This document shows positions 1 to 8,576 of a DNA stretch of 39,865 nucleotides, piece by piece. The translations under genes were made by a program, and so were the position numbers. The DNA comes from Akkermansiaceae bacterium (lineage in GTDB: Bacteria; Verrucomicrobiota; Verrucomicrobiia; Verrucomicrobiales; Akkermansiaceae). The DNA lies in the NCBI GenBank assembly GCA_043782285.1, contig JAYWAR010000106.1:1-39865 (forward strand), read 5' to 3'. The notes beneath the pieces were generated by a model. The model ran no database searches. It saw only the letters and a program-made list of their open reading frames with translations, and had not been told where the DNA came from. The stretch's first letter is position 1. Each line of letters starts with the position of its first letter.

Positions 1-681
1 GAGTGCGTGGCGGTCGATGCTGGGAAGTGCCGTAGCTGCGGTTCGGAAAAATCCATCAGCTCTCGCTGCTTGATAGTCCATCAGGGCCAGGAAGCGTTCA
101 TCTCGCACACGGTTGATGAGGTCTTGCTCCGTGTATTGAAAGCGGGCCAGATCTTCGAGTGGTAGATAAATTCGGCGACCATTCGTGAGATCTTCTTCGA
201 TGTCGCGCAGGATGTTGGTCAACTGCAAGGCTTGACCCAGGGCCACGGCGTAGTGCTCGGAGCTAGGATCTTGGCAGCCAAAAATCCGAATCGAAACCAA
301 GCCGACCGCGCAGGCGACTTTCCAGATGTAGTTGGTAAGATCTACCGCCGTCTCAAAGCGCTGCGGGAGTAAATCCATTCGGCATCCCTCAATGATGGCA
401 ACTAGTAATTCAGTGGGAATTTTTTGGCGCTCGCGCAGGGAAATCACTTCCTGTTGCAAAGCATCGGGAGCCGTAAAACCATGGATAAGGCCTTGTTGCC
501 AAGAGTTGAGGGCATGCAGCCGAGCTTCGATTGGCATTCTAGGCTCATCCGCGAGATCGTCGATGGTACGGCAGAAGGCGTAGAAAATCACCATATCTGC
601 ACGCCGTGCACGGGGCAAAATCTTGAGGGCAAACGCCAAATTTGACTTCGCTCTGCGGGTGATTTCTGCGGCGACTGACAC
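1..681 (-). CDS. Squalene/phytoene synthase family protein (HpnD/CrtB-like), runs off the window start
   Basis: Not in the ORF track. Manual translation from GTG at 681 gives VSVAAEITRRAKSNLAFALKILP..YAFCRTIDDLADE and LGQALQLTNILRDIEEDL..RIYLP, both Asp-rich motifs of head-to-head prenyl synthases. Starts 4 nt after the lepB stop. Confidence 0.88.
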   Translation of the reverse strand, partial: MSVAAEITRRAKSNLAFALKILPRARRADMVIFYAFCRTIDDLADEPRMPIEARLHALNSWQQGLIHGFTAPDALQQEVISLRERQKIPTELLVAIIEGCRMDLLPQRFETAVDLTNYIWKVACAVGLVSIRIFGCQDPSSEHYAVALGQALQLTNILRDIEEDLTNGRRIYLPLEDLARFQYTEQDLINRVRDERFLALMDYQAARADGFFRTAATALPSIDRHAL

Positions 682-685
682 TGGA

Positions 686-1906
686 TTAACGGATGAATCC
701 CCAGTGGCCGGTGGTAAACGGCCATAACGAAAATAGCGCCGGACCGACTAAATTGAATTCTTTTACCGTCCCCCAGTAACGCGAGTCCAATGAGTTGCCG
801 GTATTGTCGCCAAGGGCTGCGTATTCCCGCATGCCTGGCGGTATTTTTTGGGCGGCAAGTGAAAGTGTTGCGCCTTCCTTGGCGAGAAATTGCGGCAGTT
901 TTTTGCCGTGATGCAGAGCTTCGTTAGGGCTGGCGAGGCCGTAGCCGAAAGGATTAATATGATAGACTCCTTGGCCATGGATCACCCGTTGGATACCCGG
1001 TTCTTGGGCAATTTTACCGTCGATGAGGAGATTCGGTGTTTGGATAGATAGGGTGTCGCCGGGGACCCCGCACAAGCGTTTGATATAGTGAGAGCCGGCC
1101 CCTTGTTCGCCGCTTCGTTTTTGAATTCCTGCGATGTCGATGGTGTTAAAAACGAAAACCTCGCCGCGGGTGGGTTTCCTAAAATTGTAGGAAAATTTAT
1201 CGACCAGCACGAGGTCGCCGGAGTCGATGGTGCCCTCGCAAATCACCATTCCCTTTGGAATCAGCCCATGATTGCGAGCGGCGTATTGAATTGCTGCCCC
1301 AAGACCGATTTCGGAAGATGGGTTGATGGGTGCAGGCAAACGGAGCGGCTCGGCATCCGTAAAATGAATTTCTGAACGACTGAAAAAATGTAAAAATTGG
1401 GTATCGCGAATGTCCATCATCCCTTGCGGAGTGACGGCAATATGCCGATCTTGGTCACTTACTTCGTAGACGTAAGTTCTTCCGCGGAGTGCTTTTTCAA
1501 GCAGGCGCTGAGGTAGGCTGGGCCATTGATCTCGTTTTAGTGGGGTGCCGATGATTCCGTTCAAAGTGGGTTGCATCGAGCCTGTAGGAATTCGGAAAGG
1601 TTGCAGATAGTAAGCGCGCAGGCCGAGGGCGATCACGATCGCGACGAACATCACCTCGACATTTTCCTCCAACCACCCGAGCGGTTTTTCGTGGGGGAGT
1701 GAATTTTCACAAACTGCCCGAATCTGTTTTGAAGCTTCATTTACTCTTGCGAGATCCTTGGCGCGGATCGCGGCGATTAAATCGGATCGGCGGGATTGAA
1801 TTTCAGCCACGCGTTCGGGCTTCAGCAGGTCGCGTTTGTAATCGACGAATTTTTGGCCCCCCTTCACGAGGTGCAGTGCTTCTTTTTTCCACTTCGGCGT
1901 GAACAT
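686..1906 (-). CDS. lepB: Signal peptidase I (long form)
   Basis: TM helix followed by PFRIPTGSMQPTL (catalytic Ser), YIKRL (catalytic Lys) and GDNTGNSLDSRYWG. Confidence 0.95.
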   Translation of the reverse strand: MFTPKWKKEALHLVKGGQKFVDYKRDLLKPERVAEIQSRRSDLIAAIRAKDLARVNEASKQIRAVCENSLPHEKPLGWLEENVEVMFVAIVIALGLRAYYLQPFRIPTGSMQPTLNGIIGTPLKRDQWPSLPQRLLEKALRGRTYVYEVSDQDRHIAVTPQGMMDIRDTQFLHFFSRSEIHFTDAEPLRLPAPINPSSEIGLGAAIQYAARNHGLIPKGMVICEGTIDSGDLVLVDKFSYNFRKPTRGEVFVFNTIDIAGIQKRSGEQGAGSHYIKRLCGVPGDTLSIQTPNLLIDGKIAQEPGIQRVIHGQGVYHINPFGYGLASPNEALHHGKKLPQFLAKEGATLSLAAQKIPPGMREYAALGDNTGNSLDSRYWGTVKEFNLVGPALFSLWPFTTGHWGFIR

Positions 1907-1941
1907 AGGGGAAGTCTCAGGGGGTTGCCGGTCAACTGCAA
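1907..1941 (-). promoter_or_regulatory. Sigma70-like promoter placed for leaderless lepB mRNA
   Basis: TTGCAG-17 nt-GAGACT-6 nt-ATG; no Shine-Dalgarno sequence. Confidence 0.55.
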
Positions 1942-1953
1942 GCGTGGAGAGTC

Positions 1954-1990
1954 TCGGGGTGCAGCAACGAGGGGCTGCACCCCGATTTTT
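1954..1990. repeat. 12-bp perfect inverted repeat (terminator or REP-like)
   Basis: TCGGGGTGCAGC-8 nt-GCTGCACCCCGA followed by TTTTT on the + strand. Confidence 0.65.
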
Positions 1991-2014
1991 ACGGTTTGGG
2001 GTTTTTGGGGAGTT

Positions 2015-3058
2015 TTACTCGGCGAGGAAGGCGTCAAGTGCGGCGCGGGAAATCCGATAGGCCGCCCCGATTTTTTTACCTTTCAAATCGCCGGCATCGA
2101 CCGAGGCGATTACATCGTTTTCGGAGACCCCAAGGATTTGTGCAACCTGCGCGGGGCTGAGAAACTCGGTGGTGGCGGCAGTGGCTGGTAGGGATGGAGA
2201 CTGAGGTTGCATCGATTTCATCATCTCTTGAGCCATCCCGAAGCCCATTGCCATTTGTCCTGCCGCTGCGGCCGGGGAGCCAGTTTCGCCGCCTTGGGCC
2301 ATCGATTCGGCCATTTGAAATTTCACGTAATCGTTGAGATTGCCGAGGGCTCCCATGCTCGAACGTTTATCGATCACGGCTTCGACTTCGGGCGGCACCG
2401 AGACGTTTTCGACCAGGAAACTGGTGATTTCGATCCCATATTTGGGAGTTACTTGTGGGTTGATCAAGGGCAGTAAGGCATCGCCAAGCTCGGAGTAGCG
2501 GGAAGCGACGTCCAGCGCGGGAACGCCGCACGAGGCGAGGGCTTCGCTGAAGACGCTGACAATTCGGGAGCGCATGGTGTCGGCAAATTCATCCAAGTGG
2601 AAATGTTGGTCAGTGCCGGAGACTTCCTTGAGGAAAACCGCGGCATCGACGATTTTGAAATCAAACGAGCCGAAAGCGCGCAAGCGGACCACGCCGAAGT
2701 CTTTGTCGCGCATCATCACCGGATTCGGAGTGCCCCATTTGTTGCCGGTAAAAAGGCGGGTAGTGACGTAGTAAACGTCCGCTTTAAATGGCGACTGAAA
2801 GCCATATTTCCAGCCTTTTAACTTGTTGAGGACGGGAATGTTATCGGTGACGAGGGAATGCTTGCCGGGGCCGAAACTATCGCCGAATTGGCCGAGATAG
2901 ACGAATTGCGCGAGCTGGCTTTCGCGGACGATCAGTTGGGCCCCATTTTTGATGGTCTTGTCATCATCGGGAAAACGCCACACGAGCGTATCGCGTGAGT
3001 TGTCGTTAAACTCGATGATTTCCAGCAGTTCGCCTTTGATGAATCCGAAGATGTCCAT
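2015..3058 (-). CDS. SPFH (YdjI/Band_7_1-like) protein with C-terminal excisionase-like HTH (HTH_17)
   Basis: IIEF..DTLVWRFP..IKNGAQLIVRESQ, SPFKADVYYV and KWGTPNPV..RD..FG.VRLRAFG; C-terminus FLSPAQVAQILGVS..V...V..GDLKGKKIGAAYRISRAAL. Confidence 0.85.
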   Translation of the reverse strand: MDIFGFIKGELLEIIEFNDNSRDTLVWRFPDDDKTIKNGAQLIVRESQLAQFVYLGQFGDSFGPGKHSLVTDNIPVLNKLKGWKYGFQSPFKADVYYVTTRLFTGNKWGTPNPVMMRDKDFGVVRLRAFGSFDFKIVDAAVFLKEVSGTDQHFHLDEFADTMRSRIVSVFSEALASCGVPALDVASRYSELGDALLPLINPQVTPKYGIEITSFLVENVSVPPEVEAVIDKRSSMGALGNLNDYVKFQMAESMAQGGETGSPAAAAGQMAMGFGMAQEMMKSMQPQSPSLPATAATTEFLSPAQVAQILGVSENDVIASVDAGDLKGKKIGAAYRISRAALDAFLAE

Positions 3059-3128
3059 GGTTTTAAATTTGGGAGAGCTTGATCAATTAGCCGGGTTGGC
3101 AAATTCTGCAAAGTAGAATGATGATAGT

Positions 3129-3494
3129 TTATTCCAGTCCATGTTGGGCGACTTGCTCTTCATCCCAGCCGAGGTAGTGGCCGAGCTCGTGAAGGAAGGT
3201 GGTACCAACTTCATCGCGGAAGTCGTGTTCTTCTTTCGCGGTCCATTCCCAGAGGTTGGAGAGGAACAGCCGGATGCGTGGCAATTCCTCGGGTTCGGCG
3301 TCGTCTTGTGCGGAAGGCCCTTCGAACAGCCCGAGCTCATCGCCATCAAGCTGTTCGTCGTAAGTGCCTTGGCCGGGTTTTTCCTCAAAGGAAATCGCCA
3401 CTTTGGCCGCTGCGTCTTGGATGTCTTTTGGCAATACTTTCAGCAACGATTTTAATTCTTCGTCTGCCCACAGGCTCAATGTTTCGAAATCCAT
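3129..3494 (-). CDS. Minimal zincin metallopeptidase (Zincin_1/DUF1025-like)
   Basis: LGLFEG..P.RIRLF..NL..EV.TT.LHELGHYLG; start moved to MDFETL based on promoter geometry. Confidence 0.88.
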   Translation of the reverse strand: MDFETLSLWADEELKSLLKVLPKDIQDAAAKVAISFEEKPGQGTYDEQLDGDELGLFEGPSAQDDAEPEELPRIRLFLSNLWEWTAKEEHDFRDEVGTTFLHELGHYLGWDEEQVAQHGLE

Positions 3495-3680
3495 GGCGAT
3501 GAAATAACTGTTTTGAGTGGATCGCACAAGGATCATACAAAAATCGCAGCGCATGGCTAGACACCGTAGGTAAGAGCTTGATTTGAAGTTGAAGTGAGCG
3601 CCAGTTCCCGGAAGTGTAATAGGAGCAGGCTCATTGTTGCTTGCGCGGTTCGCACAGCTGCGCCATCTTTAAACTAAATA

Positions 3681-4142
3681 ATGACAATTCACACCCTTGA
3701 ACAGACACAACGTTTACCAATTTCCCTAGATGCTGCTTGGGAATTTTTTTCATCGCCGCGAAACTTGGACGAAATTACTCCTGATGCTCTCGGCTTTAAA
3801 ATCGTCAGTCTCCCGGGTGAAACGATGTACGAAGGCCAGATTATCATCTACAAAGTGAAAATTTTACCCGGTATCTGGGTGCCGTGGGTGACGGAGATTA
3901 AATCTGTGGATTTGGGAAAATCTTTTGTCGATGAGCAACGTTTTGGGCCTTATAAGTTTTGGCATCATCGTCACAGCTTTGAGGAAATTCCCGGCGGCGT
4001 GCTAATGCGCGATCTCGTTCATTATGGACTTGGCTTTGGGCCTTTTGGAGCGCTGGCTCACCTTGCTTTTGTCCGGGCGAAATTAAAAATGATTTTTGAG
4101 TTTCGGAAGGAAACTTTGGTGACGCGGTTTGGTACGCTTTGA
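3681..4142 (+). CDS. SRPBCC/START-like family protein
   Basis: AWEFFSSPRNL..ITP, WVTEI and FVDEQRFGPYKFWHHRHSF motifs. Confidence 0.9.
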   Translation: MTIHTLEQTQRLPISLDAAWEFFSSPRNLDEITPDALGFKIVSLPGETMYEGQIIIYKVKILPGIWVPWVTEIKSVDLGKSFVDEQRFGPYKFWHHRHSFEEIPGGVLMRDLVHYGLGFGPFGALAHLAFVRAKLKMIFEFRKETLVTRFGTL

Positions 4143-4624
4143 GTCAGTCGCTGACGCTGAAGCGCAATGAGTGGCCCTCGGGTGTTGCGACTCAAAGCTT
4201 TGAGGGATTAACGGCCGGTAAACGCAAACGAGGACTCAAACTATTTGCCTGGAAAATAGTTTGTCCGGGAAATAGTTTGGCGTGTAAATTTCCTTGGAGT
4301 GGGTCAGAGAATCGTCCGAGGGAGTCTGTTAGTAGATCCAGACACGCATCCACCCGATGAATCGCGCAAGCCATTGCGGTAGCTGAGGTATTGTGCGAAG
4401 AGTAGCAGCTTTTGGGCAGGGCACTCAAAGATGGCCTGGCTCTGCTTGGCTTCCATGGAACTGGAGGAATTCCTGGCCGGTGGGCGAATGGCCCAGGCTG
4501 CGCTGCACTCCGGGTCGCGCAGCCGGATCAAGATGAGTCTGGGTCGCCGGGTAAAGCGTCACAGCGAGAGTTTTTAAGCTTTGTTTTCCACCCCGATCGT
4601 CGCTGCAATTCGTTGAGATTTGAA

Positions 4625-5905
4625 TCAACCGACAAGATCACTGATCGAGCCAAAGTCTGGGGAAAATAGCCGTTTGTAGGTTCGCGCGGCGTAACCATCG
4701 GTCATCCCTGAGAGGAAGTCGCAGACCAATCTTGCTCGGGTCGCCTGATCGGCGGCGGCGGTCATTTCAGCGGCGGTATCGGCAGGAAGCAGTTGGAAAT
4801 CTTGGCCATCGATGAGTTGTTGGGAAATATAACGTTCTCCCAGAACTTCCCACAATTGTCGCAGCATCCGACTGCCTTTGTGTTCCAATTGTTTTAACTG
4901 CGGTGAGCGGAACACCACCTCAAAGGCGAGTCGCTTGAACAGACTCGATTCGGCTTTCACCGCAGGATCAATCTCCAGTCGGTAGCAGTAGCGATGGCTC
5001 GACTCACTGAGGAAATTGATATCTGTTTCTAGGTGTGTGGCTTGGATGTATTTTCCGATTCGTTTGCCGATAAAGGGATCGACGCGTTTGCGTCGGATCG
5101 CTCGCATCAGCTCACCCAGTGGCGTGTCTTCACCGGTGGCTTCAGCGTGCTGTTCGGCCCAGGATTCGATTTTTTCGATGTTAAGAAAGCCAGCCCGCAC
5201 GCTGTCGGAGAGGTCATTGAGAGAGTAGGCGGTGTCGTCAGCCCAGTCCATCAGTTGGCACTCGATCGATTTAAATCGATCTCGCACGGCACCGGGGGTG
5301 AGGTTTTGCGGAAATTGATGACCGCCCATTGCCCAGTCGAGGTAGGGCAGTTGGTCGTCATAAATGAAATGATGTTCGGGGAACTTGGCGAGCTCGCTGC
5401 GGCAGGATTTGTATTTCAAGACCCCATCGAGAAATGCCCGAGTTGGGTCCATCCCGCTGCGTTTCGACGAGAAAATCCGTTCGGTGAGCAGGCGGAGGGT
5501 TTGGGCATTTCCTTCAAACCCGCCGTACTCGCGCATCAGGTGATTTAAAGTCCGCTCACCGGCATGGCCAAACGGTGGATGCCCGAGATCGTGCGCAAGG
5601 CAGATGGCTTCGATCAGGTCCGGATCGATGAAAAAATCAGCGGCGAGCGGTCCGTCGGGACGAGTTTTGAGCCAGTAGCAAATCGATTTACCGATTTGCG
5701 CGACTTCGAGCGAGTGGGTCAGCCGGGTTCGGTAGAAATCATACTCGCCACTCCAGAAGACCTGAGTCTTGTTTTGCAAACGGCGGAAAGTGGGGGTGTG
5801 CAAAACCCGATCGCGGTCGATCTGGAAGGGGGTTCGGTAGTCGTGAGAATTGCAAACCCCTGAGCGCCGCTCGATATCGAAATCTCCGTAGAATCGGTTT
5901 TGCAT
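4625..5905 (-). CDS. dgt: dNTP triphosphohydrolase (dGTPase, HD domain)
   Basis: RTPFQIDRDRVLH..FRRLQNKTQVF, RTRLTHSLEV, AHDLGHPPFGHAGE, FEGNAQT, ADDTAYS and DFLSGMTD; start MQNRF at 5905. Confidence 0.93.
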   Translation of the reverse strand: MQNRFYGDFDIERRSGVCNSHDYRTPFQIDRDRVLHTPTFRRLQNKTQVFWSGEYDFYRTRLTHSLEVAQIGKSICYWLKTRPDGPLAADFFIDPDLIEAICLAHDLGHPPFGHAGERTLNHLMREYGGFEGNAQTLRLLTERIFSSKRSGMDPTRAFLDGVLKYKSCRSELAKFPEHHFIYDDQLPYLDWAMGGHQFPQNLTPGAVRDRFKSIECQLMDWADDTAYSLNDLSDSVRAGFLNIEKIESWAEQHAEATGEDTPLGELMRAIRRKRVDPFIGKRIGKYIQATHLETDINFLSESSHRYCYRLEIDPAVKAESSLFKRLAFEVVFRSPQLKQLEHKGSRMLRQLWEVLGERYISQQLIDGQDFQLLPADTAAEMTAAADQATRARLVCDFLSGMTDGYAARTYKRLFSPDFGSISDLVG

Positions 5906-6030
5906 CTCTGAAGAATTGGCTTTCCGCGGCGACTCGGCAAACATTTCCTGAGATCGAGCGAAACAGGATTTCAAACGAATTGCGGGGAACGAGGTGCTGT
6001 GGGTGGCTGCGGACTGGCGAACCCGGGTCG

Positions 6031-6840
6031 CTAGCGGGTGAACGTCACTTGAACGACTACCGCGCTTGTTTCGCTGGGGCCTAGCGAGGGGCTCGGGGAA
6101 AAGGTCCAGTGACGGGCAGCTGCCACAGCGGCTTGGTCGAGCTGGAGATTGCCACTGCTATGATAAACCGAGCTGGATTGGGCGGAGCCATCGCCACGAA
6201 CTTGAATCAGCACCGCAACTTTCCCGGCATTTCCGGCGGCTTTCGCGGCAGCCGGGTAGTGCGGCGGTGGCGCGTGGAGCAATTTTGGAGCGACGACGGG
6301 GAGGTGTGGGGCAGGCCGACGAATGGGCGACGGGCCTTTGCGGGCTTCGGTTTTGCCGGCATGGCCGTCGATTTGAGTGGCTGATACTGCGGAACCGGGG
6401 GATGAATGATAGGGTGTTGCAGTGCGGGTAGTACTGGCTTGCGGCGGACTGGGTTGCGAGATCCATGGCGCTGAGGGAGGAAAGTCAAAAGCGCTGGGTT
6501 GGGACAATCGAACGAATGCTTTAGGTTCAAGTGTCGGCTGCGGAGGCGATGGAATCACCTGGGTTAGAGACTGCGGTGATTTGAGCGCGGAGTTGAGTTT
6601 AAACTCAAGTCCCTGCAGCAAGCTCGACTCGCTTGGTGGCCGCTGGGGCTTGATATTAAACCAAGTAATGCAACAAGCGGCGGCAATCAGGCAGGCGTGA
6701 ATCCCGAGCGAAGCCAGCAGCCCCATTTTGGAGCTTGTTATTTTGGCGGCTGGCCGGGATGGCAAAAAAGCCGACTCGCCCGCGCTTGCAAGCACGGGAA
6801 GTCGGATCTTGTTGTGAAGAGTGGTTGGCCTGGGCTTCAT
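6031..6840 (-). CDS. tonB: TonB family energy transducer
   Basis: TM helix with S-x3-H (LASLGIHACL), Pro-rich linker, TonB_C domain (PPHYP..A...G.V.V...V..DG, SSG..LDQAAV.A...W.FSP). Confidence 0.85.
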   Translation of the reverse strand: MKPRPTTLHNKIRLPVLASAGESAFLPSRPAAKITSSKMGLLASLGIHACLIAAACCITWFNIKPQRPPSESSLLQGLEFKLNSALKSPQSLTQVIPSPPQPTLEPKAFVRLSQPSAFDFPPSAPWISQPSPPQASTTRTATPYHSSPGSAVSATQIDGHAGKTEARKGPSPIRRPAPHLPVVAPKLLHAPPPHYPAAAKAAGNAGKVAVLIQVRGDGSAQSSSVYHSSGNLQLDQAAVAAARHWTFSPSPSLGPSETSAVVVQVTFTR

Positions 6841-6850
6841 CGAGAAAACC

Positions 6851-7729
6851 TCAATAACCGCTTACGGAAGTCGGTTTGTAGCCTTTCTGCTTGGAAGAAC
6901 CGCCACCGAAATCGAAACCAAAGATCAGCCAGCATTCGGCGTTTGGCGAAGAGTGGGTGAGTCCCGCCATAGTCACAACGTCTAAGTGGGTGTTGTGGGT
7001 TGGACGCCACTGAATCGAGGGCCCGAAAATTGCTTCGCTGGGTTCGCCTTGGGGGGCGGACCATTTGCCTTCAGCACCGATGGAAAGTTTGTCATCAATC
7101 AAGGTTTTGGAGATACCGCCGGCGATTTGCCATTCGGTTTTTTGTTCGCCCCAAATTTGTTGCTGACAGACGAAGTTCAGTCCCCAATGCCAACCTTTCG
7201 ATCGGGCGAGTTCACCACCAAGCAAAAATTTTGCTTCGATTGCATCGGAGCCTTCGTGGGCGAAGGCGTATTCGAGGTAAAGGGTCGGGTTGCCCGGGAT
7301 CACGTTCCAATCGGCAAAGGCGTAGCGCAGTTCTACCGCGACTTCCTCTTGTTGCCAGCCGGTGCCGTCATTGACGTGGGTGAGGTTTTCGTAAATATCG
7401 AGCTGCATCCGGTAGGGTAAGCCAATTTCAAATTCATTCTTGAGCCGCTGAGTCACTTTACCGCCATCGAAAAATTGGGTCCGCCACCATTCTTCGACGC
7501 CCATTTCGCCGGGATCTTTCTGGATGTAAACCCGGGTGGTGCTGAAGCGGCGCTGGCGCACCCATTCGGGCTCACCGTTCACTCCATCAGGTTTTTCTTC
7601 CATCAGCTCGGAGCCGCTGACGATGACATCACCGACGACCGGTGGACTCGCAGGCGTCTGTGCGTGGAGGGTTGCTGCCGAGATTATTGTCGCGGCACCA
7701 AGTAAGGCAATTGAGGTTTTAGAGGTCAT
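6851..7729 (-). CDS. Secreted small outer-membrane beta-barrel protein (DUF6662/COG4313-like by pattern)
   Basis: Sec signal ending TLHA-Q; many amphipathic strands (NEFEIGL, MQLDIY, VAVELRY, PTLYLEY, IEAKFLL, WHWGLNF, EWQIAGGIS, LSIGAEG, FGPSIQW, HLDV, LIFGFDF); 10 nt upstream of tonB. Confidence 0.7.
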   Translation of the reverse strand: MTSKTSIALLGAATIISAATLHAQTPASPPVVGDVIVSGSELMEEKPDGVNGEPEWVRQRRFSTTRVYIQKDPGEMGVEEWWRTQFFDGGKVTQRLKNEFEIGLPYRMQLDIYENLTHVNDGTGWQQEEVAVELRYAFADWNVIPGNPTLYLEYAFAHEGSDAIEAKFLLGGELARSKGWHWGLNFVCQQQIWGEQKTEWQIAGGISKTLIDDKLSIGAEGKWSAPQGEPSEAIFGPSIQWRPTHNTHLDVVTMAGLTHSSPNAECWLIFGFDFGGGSSKQKGYKPTSVSGY

Positions 7730-7752
7730 GTGCAGGTAAAAACGAACAAAGT

Positions 7753-7766
7753 CTAAGATTTCTTAG
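7753..7766. promoter_or_regulatory. Palindromic operator-like site upstream of the barrel-tonB unit
   Basis: CTAAGA-TT-TCTTAG, 23 nt upstream of the ATG at 7729. Confidence 0.45.
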
Positions 7767-8029
7767 GTTTTTTTACGGTTGCCAAAAAATAAATCATTCC
7801 ACTCGATTTTGGGCAGAATGCGGCGAGCCGAAAGCGGCGAAAATATTTCCGACTCAACCATCGGCGCTCGACTTGGGATCAATTTCACCTGTTTCGAACC
7901 TTGCGGGGGGGGCAAGTGAGTGAAAGGATCGAGATTTCCTAAATACCTGATTCGTTACCATTGTTCTTGACTCAATTTCGGGTGAAGCCTAAATCACCGC
8001 CCCCAAACGAATTTTTACCTCTGACTCCT

Positions 8030-8500
8030 ATGGCCAACGCACAAGTTATTCTTAAAGAAAAAATCGAAGGCCTTGGTGCCGAAGCTGATGTTGTTAAAGT
8101 TCGCGCTGGCTACGCCCGCAACTTTCTGATCCCACAGGGTAAGGCTTTTGAAGCCAGCCGCTCGAATCTTCGCCATGTGGAAGCACTCAAAACCAGCCGT
8201 GCCACTCGCGAAGCTGAGGAACTCGTCGGATTCCAAGAAATTGCGACTAAAATTGCCAAGCTGAAGCCGAAGTTTGTGCTTTCGACTGGCCAAGGCGGCA
8301 AGGCATTTGGCTCGGTGACCAGCATCGACATCCACAAGGAGCTCGAAGCTGCTGGAATCGTGATCGATCGTCATGCGATCGAACTCGACAAGCCGGTTAA
8401 GAAGTCAGGCAAGACTGAAGTTCAAATCCGTCTTCACCCAGAGGTGATTGCGACTCTCATCATTTCGGTGGATGCGGGCGCGGAAGAAAAAGACGCGTAA
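8030..8500 (+). CDS. rplI: 50S ribosomal protein L9
   Basis: QVIL.E.IEGLG...DVVKVRAGYARNFLIPQGKA and GKAFGSVTSIDI; true start MANAQ at 8030. Confidence 0.97.
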   Translation: MANAQVILKEKIEGLGAEADVVKVRAGYARNFLIPQGKAFEASRSNLRHVEALKTSRATREAEELVGFQEIATKIAKLKPKFVLSTGQGGKAFGSVTSIDIHKELEAAGIVIDRHAIELDKPVKKSGKTEVQIRLHPEVIATLIISVDAGAEEKDA

Positions 8501-8523
8501 TTTGGCTAAGTAAATCTTTTGAT

Positions 8524-8559
8524 AAAACCCCCGGCCCGTACAACGAGCCGGGGGTTTTT
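8524..8559. terminator. Bidirectional intrinsic terminator
   Basis: AAAACCCCCGGC-loop-GCCGGGGGTTTTT between convergent rplI and the response regulator. Confidence 0.85.
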
Positions 8560-8576
8560 GGTCAAATGAAACCCAG

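Noticed and set aside
4625-5905. dGTPase as an anti-phage nucleotide-depletion system
   Set aside because: No defence or mobile genes nearby, host-like composition and a standard promoter; a housekeeping Dgt is more likely.
7900-7918. CTTGC-G-run-CA(A)GTG motif also present near 12967-12983
   Set aside because: Only two low-complexity copies, one of which is explained as a -35 element.
8030-8500. Stand-alone rplI outside the rpsF-rpsR operon
   Set aside because: rplI is detached from that operon in many lineages; not notable without comparative data.
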